This document shows, one piece after another, positions 39,482 to 51,111 of a stretch of 64,000 nucleotides of DNA. The first letter of the stretch is position 1. Every line of letters starts with the position of its first letter. The stretch is taken from positions 488,341-552,340 of the forward strand of contig MLAY01000008.1 of assembly GCA_001890965.1 (NCBI GenBank), given 5' to 3'. Source of the stretch: a marine bacterium AO1-C. Lineage in GTDB: Bacteria > Bacteroidota > Bacteroidia > Cytophagales > Microscillaceae. The notes below the pieces were generated by a model. That model saw only the letters and a program-made list of their open reading frames with translations. It ran no database searches and was not told where the DNA came from. The position numbers and the translations under genes were made by a program.

Positions 39482-40156
39482 ATGCAGGTACATTATTCGT
39501 GGAAAGAACTCCCTCCCTCCTACCAAGATCAATTTATCACAGGTTTTGACACCCAAAATCTCAAAGATTTTTATCCAGTCGTTACCTATTTTTGGATGTC
39601 CTTGCTTGGCACTATTTTGTTTGCCATACCAGGCTTGCTTTTGAGCATTTGGGGCATTATTGAGTTTATTCAATTGTTGTTTTTTTCCAAAGCAGAATCC
39701 GAATCATCCAGTATTGGTAGTATTATCTTAATTATTATAGCAGCGTTGGTAGTGTTCTTTCTGTTAGTCGCTTTTGTTATTTGGGCCATCAATCACTTAG
39801 CTAACTTCGCCCGAGCCATTAAAATATACCAGGCTCAAAAAAAACATCGTATGCATTTTGGTCTATTGTTAGGGCCAGATGCATTGGTTTACCGTCCTCG
39901 CCTGGTGAGCAATAGTGTTATTTACATTCCTAAAGAACAGATACAAAAAGCCGAATGGCATTGGGAAAGTAATAATGCAGGCTCGGGTGGTAACCGAAGA
40001 CGCATTTATTTTACCCTAATCTATTACCAGGATTTATTGCAGAACACCGAACACTATATTCGTATTGGCCAAGATGTGCTCAACCCTCAATATATGCATC
40101 GCAAGGAAGTATACCAGCTTGTAAATGATTGGCTCGGCAATAAAGCAGGAGGTTAA
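39482..40156 (+). CDS. Hypothetical membrane protein, paralog of 37411..38034
   Basis: See 37411..38034. Shares the N-terminal ELP.(A/S)YQ..F..GFD..NL..FYP motif and the G(L/F)LL...(L/A)VYRP motif. Confidence 0.5.
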   Translation: MQVHYSWKELPPSYQDQFITGFDTQNLKDFYPVVTYFWMSLLGTILFAIPGLLLSIWGIIEFIQLLFFSKAESESSSIGSIILIIIAALVVFFLLVAFVIWAINHLANFARAIKIYQAQKKHRMHFGLLLGPDALVYRPRLVSNSVIYIPKEQIQKAEWHWESNNAGSGGNRRRIYFTLIYYQDLLQNTEHYIRIGQDVLNPQYMHRKEVYQLVNDWLGNKAGG

Positions 40157-40165
40157 TTAACCTAA

Positions 40166-40915
40166 TTATTTTTTGGCGTTGACCAACGATAAAGTACGAC
40201 AGGTTTTTTCGGCTGCAGCTTGTTCTGCCTTCTTTTTGCTAAATCCGGTTCCACTGGCTACAGGTTCGTCGTCTATAATTACCTGTGCTACAAATTGTCG
40301 TTGATGTTTAGAGCCTTCTTCCTTTACAATCTCAAATCGTAGTTCGCGATTGTTTTTCTGCGCCCACTCAATCACAATACTTTTGTAGTTTTGGTTATTC
40401 TCAATGATTTCACCTAAGTCAAGGTGACCCATCACAATTTTCTTCACCACAAACTTGCGACAGTAATGAAAGCCTTTGTCTAAGTATACCGCTCCTACCA
40501 ATGCCTCAAGAGCATCGCCACCCATAGATTTATAGGTAAAGTTGTTTTTGCGGCTTCCCTCAAACTTGATAAGGTCATGAATACCCATCTTACGAGACAA
40601 TTGATTCAAGGATTCCCGGTTAACAATTCGGGCTCGAATCTCTGTAAGAAAGCCTTCTTCTTTGAATGGATATTTTTTGAATAGGTAATCGGCTACTATT
40701 GCGCCTAGAATAGCATCACCCAGATACTCTAAACGCTCATTAGACTCTTTGAAACCATCTTGCAGCGATTTGGAAGCCGAGGTATGGCTCAAGGCAAGTT
40801 GATAAAGAGAAAGGTTAAACGGCTTGTGTCCTATAATTCTTTTGATAGAATGGGCAAGCCGTTTTTCTTCTTCGGTATGCTTATTAAGTAGTTTAGATAT
40901 AAATCTAAAAATCAC
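40166..40915 (-). CDS. rnc: Ribonuclease III
   Basis: Catalytic signature ERLEYLGDAILG and a C-terminal dsRBD. Lies downstream of fabF. Confidence 0.85.
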   Translation of the reverse strand: MIFRFISKLLNKHTEEEKRLAHSIKRIIGHKPFNLSLYQLALSHTSASKSLQDGFKESNERLEYLGDAILGAIVADYLFKKYPFKEEGFLTEIRARIVNRESLNQLSRKMGIHDLIKFEGSRKNNFTYKSMGGDALEALVGAVYLDKGFHYCRKFVVKKIVMGHLDLGEIIENNQNYKSIVIEWAQKNNRELRFEIVKEEGSKHQRQFVAQVIIDDEPVASGTGFSKKKAEQAAAEKTCRTLSLVNAKK

Positions 40916-42168
40916 TACATTTCTAATTTTTTAAACACTAAGGTAAAATTATGTCCACCGAAACCAAAGGTATTACTCATGGCATAATTTATTTCTCTTT
41001 CCTGAGCTTCGTTAAACGTAAAATTCAACTTGGTATCAAATTGCTCATCATCCGTAAAATGGTTGATTGTAGGGGGAGCAGTTTGATGTTGAATAGCCAA
41101 AATAGTAGCGACTGCTTCTATTGCGCCTGCGGCTCCTAACAAATGCCCAGTCATTGACTTGGTAGAGCTAATGTTAAGATTGTAAGCATGTTCGCCAAAT
41201 ACTTTTTGAATGGCTAAAGCCTCACTATAATCTCCCAAAGGAGTAGAAGTACCATGTACGTTGATATAATCAATGGCCTCAGGAGTTATACCAGCATCAT
41301 TTAAGGCATCTTGCATCACTTTAGTAGCCCCAAGTCCTTCTGGATGAGGAGCTGTAAGATGGTGTGCATCAGAAGACATGCCACCTCCCACTAATTCAGC
41401 GTAGATTTTGGCACCTCTTGCTTTGGCATGCTCATATTCTTCAAGAATAATAGCTGCACCACCTTCTCCCAGAACAAAACCATCACGCTCTTTGTCAAAA
41501 GGACGAGAGGCAGTTTCTGGAGAATCATTTCTTTCAGAAAGTGCTTTCAAGGCATTGAAACCTCCAATACCGGTTTCGGTAACAGCTGCTTCTGAGCCTC
41601 CCGAAACGGCCATATCAATTCTACCTAAACGGATATAATTGAAGGCGTCTACCATAGCGTTGGTAGCCGATGCACAAGCCGAAACTGTTACATAGTTTGG
41701 CCCTCGAAAGCCATATTTTATAGATACATGACCTGAACTTAGGTCAGCAATCATCTTAGGTATAAAAAACGGACTAAATTTAGGAGTACCATCACCTTTG
41801 GCAAACCCAACTACTTCGTCCTGGAAAGACTTCAAACCACCAATGCCTGCTCCCCAGATTACTCCTACACGATCTTTGTTGATAGTTTCCAGGTTAATTT
41901 TTGCATCTTGGATAGCTTCTTCACAAACCACCAATGCATAGTGAGTAAAAATATCCATACGACGCGCGTCTCGACGGTGAATATGGTCTTCAACATTGAA
42001 GTTTTTTACCTCACAGGCAAATTTAGTTTTGAATTTTTCTGCATCAAACTTAGTAATAGGAGCAGCCCCACTCACCCCATTTTTAAGACCATCCCAAAAC
42101 TCAGGTATGGTGTTACCGATAGGAGTCAGTGAGCCTAATCCAGTTACTACAACTCGTCTTAAATTCAT
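40915..42168 (-). CDS. fabF: Beta-ketoacyl-ACP synthase II
   Basis: Active-site Cys context (VTVSACASATNAM) and the His-His region (HGTSTPLGD...TGHLLGAAG). Follows the acpP gene. Confidence 0.85.
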   Translation of the reverse strand: MNLRRVVVTGLGSLTPIGNTIPEFWDGLKNGVSGAAPITKFDAEKFKTKFACEVKNFNVEDHIHRRDARRMDIFTHYALVVCEEAIQDAKINLETINKDRVGVIWGAGIGGLKSFQDEVVGFAKGDGTPKFSPFFIPKMIADLSSGHVSIKYGFRGPNYVTVSACASATNAMVDAFNYIRLGRIDMAVSGGSEAAVTETGIGGFNALKALSERNDSPETASRPFDKERDGFVLGEGGAAIILEEYEHAKARGAKIYAELVGGGMSSDAHHLTAPHPEGLGATKVMQDALNDAGITPEAIDYINVHGTSTPLGDYSEALAIQKVFGEHAYNLNISSTKSMTGHLLGAAGAIEAVATILAIQHQTAPPTINHFTDDEQFDTKLNFTFNEAQEREINYAMSNTFGFGGHNFTLVFKKLEM

Positions 42169-42184
42169 AAACAGAGTTTATTTT

Positions 42185-42427
42185 TTACTTTACGTTCTCT
42201 TCTAGGTAGGTAATAGCCTGTCCCACAGTCGCAATGTTTTCTGCGTGATCGTCTGGAATAGAAATCTCAAATTCTTTTTCAAATTCCATGATCAATTCCA
42301 CAGTATCCAAAGAATCAGCCCCTAAATCATTAGTGAAGCTTGCTTCTGGAGTAACTTCTGATTCTTCAACACCAAGTTTGTCAATGATGATTCCTTTAAC
42401 TTTTTGTGCGATATCTGACATTTTCAA
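42185..42427 (-). CDS. acpP: Acyl carrier protein
   Basis: [20 protein letters not shown] phosphopantetheine-attachment motif in an approximately 80-aa protein. Confidence 0.9.
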   Translation of the reverse strand: MKMSDIAQKVKGIIIDKLGVEESEVTPEASFTNDLGADSLDTVELIMEFEKEFEISIPDDHAENIATVGQAITYLEENVK

Positions 42428-42850
42428 TAATAGTTTAGTTAAAAAAACTCTGCAAAGAAATACATTAAAAACAATATTATCAAACTATTTTAACGATTCG
42501 TGATCTGATTTGCTGGAAATTATATTATTGTTAAATATTGCTTTCTTTGGAAGCTTATTTGGCAAAAACTTACTGAATTATCTTTTTTGTGTATTTGAAC
42601 ATCCATATTATTTTTGGGAATCAGAAAAAAACGCGAAATATAATTTTGAGTCATAATATTGGGTGGGTAGAAAGGATAAAATCCCCCGAAACAATCGCCA
42701 AAGGTGCTTAACCTCTTGTTATTACCAATATATTGTAGGTTTTTACAAAATAGTAGTACAAATTAATCAAAATTTGATGCATATTGCGGCCATTGTACAA
42801 AAAATTCTCCCCATAACTAAATTAAAACAAAAACACTTAAGACAAACGAG

Positions 42851-44278
42851 ATGAAACCATTTTTCAACAAAACAAAAGTAATCGCAACTGTGGGCCCCGC
42901 CATTAACACCAAAGAGAAATTATTGGAAATGGTTCAGGCAGGTACTGATGTGTTTAGGTTGAATTTTTCGCACGGAAGCCACGAAGAACACAAAAAAGTG
43001 ATTCAGTATATCCGCGAATTGAACAAGGAGCATAACTTAAATATATGCATTCTTCAAGATTTGCAAGGGCCTAAAATTCGCCTGGGAGAAGTTGCCTCTA
43101 ATGAAGAATTTTTGAAAGAGGGAAAAAAAGTAACCATTACTACTCAGGCTGTTAAGTCTACGGCCAAAAAAATTAGTACTACTTACAAAGCTTTTGTAAA
43201 TGATGTAAAACCTGATGATCAGATTTTGATTGATGACGGTAAAATCGAGCTTAAAGTACTAGAGGTAAAAAACAAGGAAGTAATTGCCGAAGTAATATAT
43301 GGTGGACAATTGAAGTCTAAAAAAGGAATTAACCTGCCCAGTACCAATATTTCTTCTCCTTCACTTACTGAAAAAGATACCAAAGATTTAATGTTTGGTC
43401 TGGAGCAAGAAGTAGACTGGATTGCTTTATCTTTTGTACGTTCTCCGATCGATGTGTTGCTTTTGAAGCACATCATTAAGCAACAAGGTAAAGAAACCAA
43501 GGTGATTGCCAAAATTGAAAAACCAGAGGCCATTGAGCAAATTGATGCCATTATTGAAGCATCGGATGCTATCATGGTAGCTCGTGGTGATCTGGGCGTA
43601 GAAGTAAAGATTGAGGAAGTACCTTTGATCCAAAAGCTCATTGCCCAAAAGTGTCGCCACGCAGGTAAACCAGTGGTAGTTGCTACCCAAATGCTGGAAA
43701 GCATGATTGATAATCCTCGTCCTACTCGAGCCGAAACCAACGATATTGCCAACGCGGTAATGGATGGAGCAGATACTTTGATGCTGAGTGGAGAAACGGC
43801 AGTAGGTAAGTACCCTATAGAAACGGTGCGTACTATGAACGAGACAATACGTATCATGGAGCAAAAAAGTGAGGGTATTTATCACAAAAAAGAGGTGTTA
43901 CACCGCAAGTCGCCTACTTATTATAACGATAGTATCATTGCAGCAGCTTGTGTGTTGGCACAAGATACTCACGCCAAAGGTATTGTAGGAATGACTCAAT
44001 CGGGGTACACCGCTTTTCAGGTGGCGCGTTTTCGCCCTAAAGCCAATATCTTTATATTCACTGCCAATCGCAAACTACTCAATCGCTTGAGTTTAGTATG
44101 GGGAGTAAGGGCTTTTTATTATGATAAGTTTACCTCTACCGATGATACTTTCGACGAAGTATTGGGACTTTTACAAAGCAAAGGTCACTTAAATAAGGGC
44201 GATATTTGTATTAACCTGGCAAGTATGCCTATAGCTAAACGTCAACGTACCAATACGATTAAGATGTCGCAGATATAG
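42851..44278 (+). CDS. pyk: Pyruvate kinase
   Basis: IVARGDLGVEV, MLESMIDNPRPTRAE and the overall barrel plus C-terminal domain layout. Confidence 0.85.
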   Translation: MKPFFNKTKVIATVGPAINTKEKLLEMVQAGTDVFRLNFSHGSHEEHKKVIQYIRELNKEHNLNICILQDLQGPKIRLGEVASNEEFLKEGKKVTITTQAVKSTAKKISTTYKAFVNDVKPDDQILIDDGKIELKVLEVKNKEVIAEVIYGGQLKSKKGINLPSTNISSPSLTEKDTKDLMFGLEQEVDWIALSFVRSPIDVLLLKHIIKQQGKETKVIAKIEKPEAIEQIDAIIEASDAIMVARGDLGVEVKIEEVPLIQKLIAQKCRHAGKPVVVATQMLESMIDNPRPTRAETNDIANAVMDGADTLMLSGETAVGKYPIETVRTMNETIRIMEQKSEGIYHKKEVLHRKSPTYYNDSIIAAACVLAQDTHAKGIVGMTQSGYTAFQVARFRPKANIFIFTANRKLLNRLSLVWGVRAFYYDKFTSTDDTFDEVLGLLQSKGHLNKGDICINLASMPIAKRQRTNTIKMSQI

Positions 44279-44332
44279 TTTAGTTATTGGTCTCTTGTTC
44301 TTGACCTTTTATTCTATTCAAGCTAAAAAAGT

Positions 44333-44372
44333 CATTTCAAAACATCCTAAGGTTTTGGAATGGCTTTTTTGT
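44333..44372 (+). terminator. Rho-independent terminator after pyk
   Basis: catttcaaaac-(8 nt)-gttttggaatg (one mismatch) followed by gcttttttg. Confidence 0.55.
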
Positions 44373-44523
44373 TTTAAGATTTGGGTAATCCATAAATTCT
44401 CCTAAAAATATTCGGCTAGCCGAGTATTTTTTTTATTTTTGTTAAAGGAGGTTTTGGTACTCATTCCTTATTTTATTAGACAATTCCAACACTCCTTCAT
44501 TTTCAAGACAAGACAAATAACCA

Positions 44524-46134
44524 ATGAATTTTGACTATATTATCGTGGGTGCCGGATCGGCAGGCTGTGTATTGGCCAACCGCCTGACCGAAGATCCACA
44601 AACTAAAGTATTGCTCATAGAAGCTGGAGGCAAAGACAAAAAGAAAGAAATCCATATACCCGCAGGCTATGCCAAACTACACAATAGCCAAGTAGATTGG
44701 GCCTATCATACTATCCCACAAAAACACGTCAAAAACCGCAAGATGTTTCAGCCCCGAGGCAAAGTATTGGGAGGATGTAGCTCTACCAATTGTATGGCCT
44801 ATATTAGAGGCAATCGCAAAGATTATGATGATTGGGTTGCTTTGGGAAATGAGGGCTGGAGCTATGAAGAGGTACTCCCCTATTTTAAAAAATCAGAACA
44901 TAATGCGGCCATCAACAATGAATATCATGGGCAAGGTGGGCTTTTACATGTACAACACAATCAGCACATTACGCCGCTTTCTCACGCTTTTATCGATGCC
45001 CACGAAGAGTTAGGTTTTCCCAGAAATGATGATTTTAATGGGCTTACCCAAGAAGGTGCTGGTCTATTTCATTTCACGATCAAAAACGCACAACGACACA
45101 GTGTAGCCAAGGGATTTTTGCGCCCTGCTATGAAACGTCCAAACCTCCAGGTAGTTACTCAGGCGCATACTGAAAAACTACTATTTGAAGGTAAAAAAGT
45201 GGTAGGGGTAGTATATCATCAGAAAAGTAAAAGGGTAGAAGTCAAAGCCAATAAAGAGGTGATTCTGTCGGCAGGAGCTTTTAATTCACCGCAAATATTG
45301 CAATTGTCAGGCATTGGAGATGGAGAATACTTGAAAAATATGGGCATTACGGTGCAACATCATTTACCTGGAGTAGGACAAAACCTACAAGACCATCTGT
45401 TTTGTATTATGTCTTGTTTGTGCAATCAAAAAATCACTTACAATACTGCCGAAAACCTGGGGAATATATTGCGCTACTTCTTGATGAAAAAAGGCCCCCT
45501 CACCTCGAGTCCGTTAGAAGCTTGTTCGTTTGTAAAAACTAAAGAAGGCATAGATCGCCCTGATATCCAAATGCACTTTAGTCCCTCACATGGTTCGGTA
45601 GAGGCTTTGTATAACCCCGATTTATTACCCGAAAGCGATGGCTTTAGCATTTTACCAACTTTGCTACAACCCAAAAGCAGAGGCACTGTTGGTTTATTCT
45701 CTACCGATTTTAGAGATACTCCCTTGATTGACCCTAACTACCTAGCTCATGAAGAGGATCGAGCTGCTTTGTTTAGAGGATTTAAAATCGCTCGTAAATT
45801 ATTGTTATCTAAGGCTTTTGCCCCTTACCGTATCAAGATGCACTATCCTGAAGATGCTCAAACTGATGATGAAATCTGGGATCATATACTCACCACTCTG
45901 GAAACGGTATACCACCCCACCAGCACTTGTAAAATGGGTAATGATGATATGGCGGTGGTTGATGCCGAACTGCGCGTACATGGGCTGGAAGGTTTACGAG
46001 TAGTAGATGCCTCAGTAATGCCCAATGTAATTTCTGGAAACACCAATGCCCCCACTATTATGATTGCCGAAAAAGCCGCAGATATGATTCGGGGCAAGGT
46101 CACAATAAAGCAAGAGGCTACGGTGAATTACTAA
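44524..46134 (+). CDS. GMC-family oxidoreductase (choline dehydrogenase-like)
   Basis: FAD-binding N-terminus [18 protein letters not shown] and the GMC signature region [14 protein letters not shown]. The C-terminus carries the conserved His/Asn. Confidence 0.8.
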   Translation: MNFDYIIVGAGSAGCVLANRLTEDPQTKVLLIEAGGKDKKKEIHIPAGYAKLHNSQVDWAYHTIPQKHVKNRKMFQPRGKVLGGCSSTNCMAYIRGNRKDYDDWVALGNEGWSYEEVLPYFKKSEHNAAINNEYHGQGGLLHVQHNQHITPLSHAFIDAHEELGFPRNDDFNGLTQEGAGLFHFTIKNAQRHSVAKGFLRPAMKRPNLQVVTQAHTEKLLFEGKKVVGVVYHQKSKRVEVKANKEVILSAGAFNSPQILQLSGIGDGEYLKNMGITVQHHLPGVGQNLQDHLFCIMSCLCNQKITYNTAENLGNILRYFLMKKGPLTSSPLEACSFVKTKEGIDRPDIQMHFSPSHGSVEALYNPDLLPESDGFSILPTLLQPKSRGTVGLFSTDFRDTPLIDPNYLAHEEDRAALFRGFKIARKLLLSKAFAPYRIKMHYPEDAQTDDEIWDHILTTLETVYHPTSTCKMGNDDMAVVDAELRVHGLEGLRVVDASVMPNVISGNTNAPTIMIAEKAADMIRGKVTIKQEATVNY

Positions 46135-46185
46135 GCTTTTTTCTTCAAGTTTGCTTACATTTAGAACAAATCATTTTTTTGATAT

Positions 46186-47286
46186 ATGAAAGAAGCATTG
46201 ATTCAAGCGCTTAATCGTATAAGGGGTGATCAATCGTTGTGGGGAGAACTGGCCTGGAAAAAGGCAGAAAGTGGGGAAGATTATTTTGACGAAAATGCGC
46301 TAAAACGCGCCAAGATTTTATTTGCTCTACAATGGGATTTGCAACCCAACGATGAAGATTTATTAAGGTTTTTGTTCAGCGAAGAAATCAAAGATCGCAA
46401 TGCAGATCCTTTTCAGGGAGGTTCTGAGGCATTATCAACAGGTGGGTATTTGTTGGCATCTTTCAAAAACCCAGCAAATGTATGGTTATTGGCTCAGGCC
46501 AAGTCAGCCAATTTTGACACCCACTGTGGTTTCGATTATCAGCACTTACTATCGGCAGGTGTACAAGCTACCTTTGCCTATGTACAAGAACAAGAAAATC
46601 CACTCAAAGAATATTTTCATGATTTCTTTCCAGATTTGGCTACTTGTAGTCTCTCTGAAAAAGATATTGCCCAATGGCATCAGCATAAACAAGCACTCTA
46701 TTTAACAACTCCCCCAGATAGTGACATCGAATATTGGCTAGAAGTAGCCTTAGAAATAGAGGACATGGCCACTGTTCAGGAACTGGTTGTAAAATTAGAG
46801 GCTCAATCAGACGAAAGCGTTGGTTCCTTGTCTACCCTAAAATTTTATAAAGAACAATTGGGCGATTATGCTGGCGCTATTGCTTTGGCTGAAAAAATAT
46901 TTGCCCAAAAAGAAAACCCCACTTTTGGAGATCATACCAAGTTTATAGGACTATATCTCAACAACAATGACCCTGCGTCTGCCTGGAAAATGATTCAATC
47001 AATCCTAAAAAAATTGAGCCCTTTGAGCGATTATAATCAAAAAAGAATTCAGGGCTTGGCCATAGACATAGTATTGGCTTCGAGTGGCCAGGAACCATTT
47101 GCTTTGGAAGCTTATCGTTTAGGAATGAATAATATTGATAAGAAATTAGCGTTGGTTGATTTGGAAAAGCATCTAAAAGCTACTCAGATAATGGAAGATA
47201 AAGCCAGTGAGTCCATAGTAAAAAAACTCTACGAAGCAGAAGCCAGTCGAATTGACGCTATGATGCAGCGTCTTAAAGAAAAATAG
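46186..47286 (+). CDS. Hypothetical protein
   Basis: Long ORF with no recognised motif. Helical composition. Confidence 0.4.
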   Translation: MKEALIQALNRIRGDQSLWGELAWKKAESGEDYFDENALKRAKILFALQWDLQPNDEDLLRFLFSEEIKDRNADPFQGGSEALSTGGYLLASFKNPANVWLLAQAKSANFDTHCGFDYQHLLSAGVQATFAYVQEQENPLKEYFHDFFPDLATCSLSEKDIAQWHQHKQALYLTTPPDSDIEYWLEVALEIEDMATVQELVVKLEAQSDESVGSLSTLKFYKEQLGDYAGAIALAEKIFAQKENPTFGDHTKFIGLYLNNNDPASAWKMIQSILKKLSPLSDYNQKRIQGLAIDIVLASSGQEPFALEAYRLGMNNIDKKLALVDLEKHLKATQIMEDKASESIVKKLYEAEASRIDAMMQRLKEK

Positions 47287-47390
47287 ACTATATTGGCAAT
47301 CTGTTACTTTTTTATGACCAACTTCTCCACTTTTGGTCGCAAACCGCGGTATATAGCCGTATTGGTTAATCAAAGTTTAACACCTATTCT

Positions 47391-48200
47391 ATGCTTAAGT
47401 TATTACCCGTTTTTTCACTGCCTGTATTTATTTTATCTATTACCGCTTGTAAAAAAAATCAAACTCCTACTCCTACTAATGCTCCCAGACCTGTGGTTAT
47501 TGAGAGAAATGCATTAGGTGTGCTCATTAGGTCTAATATTAGTTACCATACTGATGGCAATCCAAAAACGATTACTGATTCAAGTTTTACAAATGATAGT
47601 CTGAATGAAACTCGAGTATATCGTTTCTTTTATAATAATGATAGGAAAGTAAATTATGTGGCCATTGAGGCATTCAGTCCATCAGGAGAACGCCACCTTT
47701 TCGAACAAAAGGATTTCAATTGGAAAGATGGTGTATTGCAATCGATTCGGCAGAGTAATGGAGAAACTGAGCATTTCACTTATAATGCTCAAGGTAAAAT
47801 TACTGAAATACTGAGAACGTCTAAGGATAATGCTCCTTATTGGCGGGAAACCTATGCATACAACGAGCAAGGAAACTATAATGAGGAACGTACTTATCAC
47901 ATCAATCAAGGAGTAGAGCAACTCTTTTCGGTACTTACTTACCGCGATTTTGACCAAAAGCAGAATGTATATGCCCTCATCCCCTATTATGAGCATTTGG
48001 TATCTATTCCGGCCCAACGAAACAACGCCAAAACAACCCATTATACCTTGGATTTTGACCAGGATGGCACCCTTGAGAAAGATGAATTGGTTTCCTCCAC
48101 TTTTAAATTCTTTTATGATGTTCAGGGACTTCCTATTAGTTGGATACAGTTTGACCAGAACTATATGCATACCTTCACCGCAAAATATCAGACCCCATAG
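47391..48200 (+). CDS. Hypothetical lipoprotein
   Basis: Lipobox LSITAC. Repetitive, YD-like, beta-rich sequence. Confidence 0.4.
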   Translation: MLKLLPVFSLPVFILSITACKKNQTPTPTNAPRPVVIERNALGVLIRSNISYHTDGNPKTITDSSFTNDSLNETRVYRFFYNNDRKVNYVAIEAFSPSGERHLFEQKDFNWKDGVLQSIRQSNGETEHFTYNAQGKITEILRTSKDNAPYWRETYAYNEQGNYNEERTYHINQGVEQLFSVLTYRDFDQKQNVYALIPYYEHLVSIPAQRNNAKTTHYTLDFDQDGTLEKDELVSSTFKFFYDVQGLPISWIQFDQNYMHTFTAKYQTP

Positions 48201-48620
48201 ATTAGCATTTAATCAAAGTATTTTTGCTGAATAATATATTCACTTAGCTTTTAAAATTGACTAATACTCAACCACTTCTTAATTACAAAAGTCAAAAAAG
48301 GCACACTATACTTTCTGAGAAAGCACTCACTTCTTCATAAGCTGCATATGCTTGAATATTATTCAAATCCTTCTTTATTGATCATTTAATAAATCAACAA
48401 TTTCACTGACCAGCATTCATTTTAAAACCACAAGTTTTTATTGTCAAATTTAGATGAATTGCTAAGGAATATATTACTCAATTTTACCCAATGAATACAT
48501 TCATACTTACCCTTGCCACAACATTGGCATAACAATAAATACCCACCTTTGCGCCCATATAATTCACTGACCCTTTGGAGCTTTTTGCTCTGGATTTGAA
48601 CCTTAATTAACACAAAACTC

Positions 48621-50849
48621 ATGAAGAAAATTTTACTAGCCTTGGCTTTGTGCCTGGGAGGGCTATACTATGGCCAGGCTCAAAACCAACGCACCCGTAT
48701 CGTAAAGATTAGTCGAACTACTATGGGTAACACAACCAAACAACTACAAAGCTACTTTGATCAAAACATGGCGCCATTTTATCACGGGGTAGCATCTGGA
48801 GATCCTTTGTCGGATCGGGTAATCCTGTGGACTCGGGTAACCCCTGATACGCACGGATCGATACAGGTAGTATGGCAAATTGCTACCGACCCAAAAATGC
48901 AAAATGTAGTAAACTCTGGTACCTTGACCACTGATGAAGCCAAGGACTACACCGTAAAAGTAGACGCTACTGGGTTACAGCCAGCTACTACTTATTACTA
49001 TCACTTTAGTGCTTTGGGTAAAAACTCTTTAGTGGGCCGCACCCGTACTGCGCCTACTACCAATGTAAGCAACTTACGTTTTGCAGTAGTGTCTTGTTCA
49101 AACTACCAAAACGGCTATTTCAACGCCTATGGTAACATTGCTGAACGTAACGACATTGATGCCGTAATTCACCTGGGAGACTATATTTATGAGTATGCTA
49201 CGGGCGAATTTGGTTACAGTGATGAGATTGGTCGTGGCCATCAGCCCAGCAATGAAATCATTACTTTGCAAGATTATCGTATCCGTTATTCTTACTATCG
49301 TCTAGACCCTAAACTGCGTCGTTTGCACCAGCAATTGCCTTTCGTAACAGTGTGGGATGACCACGAATTTGCTAATGATGCTTTTAAAAACGGCGCTGAA
49401 AATCACCAAAGCAACGAGGGAAGCTGGGACAAGCGCAAGAGCAATGCTTTTAAGGCTTATTTTGAGTGGATGCCAGTGCGTACCAATACTTTGCAAACCA
49501 ACCGCATTTACCGTAAAATTAGTTACGGAAACCTGGTAGACTTGATTATGCTAGATACACGTATCGAAGGCCGTGATGAACAAGCAGGTGGTGGTTTATT
49601 CAGAAAAAGTACTGCCAAGAAATTGGAAGCCCGTGCGCGTGAATTGGCTCGTAGTCGTACTACTGCGCAAGATAAGCTGACCACTTTGTTGCGTGAGTTT
49701 ATGCCTTATATGGTCAACATTAGCAACTCAAACGAGCGTAATGATAAGGCTTTGACCAAAGACGAGTTTGAATTTGTAATTGCCACTTTGGTAAAATGGG
49801 TAAAGGCTCGTAAAGAAAACGCTGAGATTAAAACCACTCCTGAATTTGCCCAATTAAGAAGCTTGTTGTTGAAGGCACAAAAGGATAATCCTAACCAGCA
49901 AGCACGTACCGCTGAAGAACGTAGCATGTTGGGTAAAACCCAATTGGCTTGGTTAAAACAACAATTGAGTAGCTCTAAAGCACAATGGAAGTTATTGGGT
50001 AATCAAGTCATGTTTTTCCCCTTCAACGGTATCGACATCAAAGATACCTGGGATGGTTATCAGGATGAGCGTGGCGAAATCATTGATTATGTAATGGATC
50101 GCAACATTAAAAATGTAGTAGTGCTTACTGGTGATATCCACACTACTTTTGCCGCTGATGTACCTACTTCGCAATGGGGGTATGCTTTCTTTGGTACACG
50201 TTATTCGGCAATGGTAGAGTTTGTTACACCTAGTGTGACTTCTTCTAACTTTGACGAGTTTGTAGACTTGGGCATTATTGGTGATTTTGCCAACTTCGTA
50301 GCCAGCGGTTTATTAGACGTACTCAACCCACACTTGAAAGAGCGCAACTTGAACGATCACGGCTATATGGTGATTGATGTAAATTCTTCTCGGGTACAGG
50401 CTGATTGGTACTATATGAATGACATCAAGACCAATAACAACAGCCAGCGGTATGGCCAAGGCTGGTATGTACGCAACAACCAACGCTATTTGCGTAAAGC
50501 AAACAGTGCAGCCCCTAATCGTAACTTATACGGCGCTTCAGCTCCTACTACGCCTTTGAACAAACGCATCACTAGCAGCAATGAACCTGCACTATTGGTA
50601 GTTGGTAATTATCCCAACCCTGCCAAAGTAGCAACCAACATACATTACGCTATTTCTCATGATAGTAAAGTGCAAATCTTGATTTACAACGAACAGGGTA
50701 AATTGATTAAGCAGGTAATGAACTTACCACAAGAGGCTGGTTTGTACAATGTAACGTTCGGGGTAAACGACCTTAAGAATGGCTACTACATCTACAAAGT
50801 AATCAGCAATGGGCACGAAGTAAGTCGTCGTTTGCTGATTCAGAAATAG
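48621..50849 (+). CDS. PhoD-like alkaline phosphatase with a T9SS C-terminal sorting domain
   Basis: Signal peptide. PhoD metallophosphatase motifs (VSCSNYQNGYFNAYG...VIHLGDYIYEY, WDDHEF, TGDIHT). The C-terminal ~80 aa match a por-secretion CTD (VQILIYNEQGKLI...YIYKVISNGHEVSRRLLI). Confidence 0.8.
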   Translation: MKKILLALALCLGGLYYGQAQNQRTRIVKISRTTMGNTTKQLQSYFDQNMAPFYHGVASGDPLSDRVILWTRVTPDTHGSIQVVWQIATDPKMQNVVNSGTLTTDEAKDYTVKVDATGLQPATTYYYHFSALGKNSLVGRTRTAPTTNVSNLRFAVVSCSNYQNGYFNAYGNIAERNDIDAVIHLGDYIYEYATGEFGYSDEIGRGHQPSNEIITLQDYRIRYSYYRLDPKLRRLHQQLPFVTVWDDHEFANDAFKNGAENHQSNEGSWDKRKSNAFKAYFEWMPVRTNTLQTNRIYRKISYGNLVDLIMLDTRIEGRDEQAGGGLFRKSTAKKLEARARELARSRTTAQDKLTTLLREFMPYMVNISNSNERNDKALTKDEFEFVIATLVKWVKARKENAEIKTTPEFAQLRSLLLKAQKDNPNQQARTAEERSMLGKTQLAWLKQQLSSSKAQWKLLGNQVMFFPFNGIDIKDTWDGYQDERGEIIDYVMDRNIKNVVVLTGDIHTTFAADVPTSQWGYAFFGTRYSAMVEFVTPSVTSSNFDEFVDLGIIGDFANFVASGLLDVLNPHLKERNLNDHGYMVIDVNSSRVQADWYYMNDIKTNNNSQRYGQGWYVRNNQRYLRKANSAAPNRNLYGASAPTTPLNKRITSSNEPALLVVGNYPNPAKVATNIHYAISHDSKVQILIYNEQGKLIKQVMNLPQEAGLYNVTFGVNDLKNGYYIYKVISNGHEVSRRLLIQK

Positions 50850-51111
50850 TTAAGATGTGTAAAGAAGTATTGATCAATCACTTATACTTAACCCTTTTAA
50901 ATAATAGTCTAACTAACCCATAACTTTTTCTCAATACAATTTGCATAGAATACCTGCTGGGAGTACCTGGTAGGTATTTTTGTTTATTGAATCATACCTA
51001 CAAATTTTAACTTTTCTCCTTCCTTACTTAGGGTCTCTCCTGCTTTCGTTGTCTAGAATTATAAGAAGCAGTATTGGCTTCAAAATCAAGCTTTTTAAAA
51101 ACCCAAAACAT

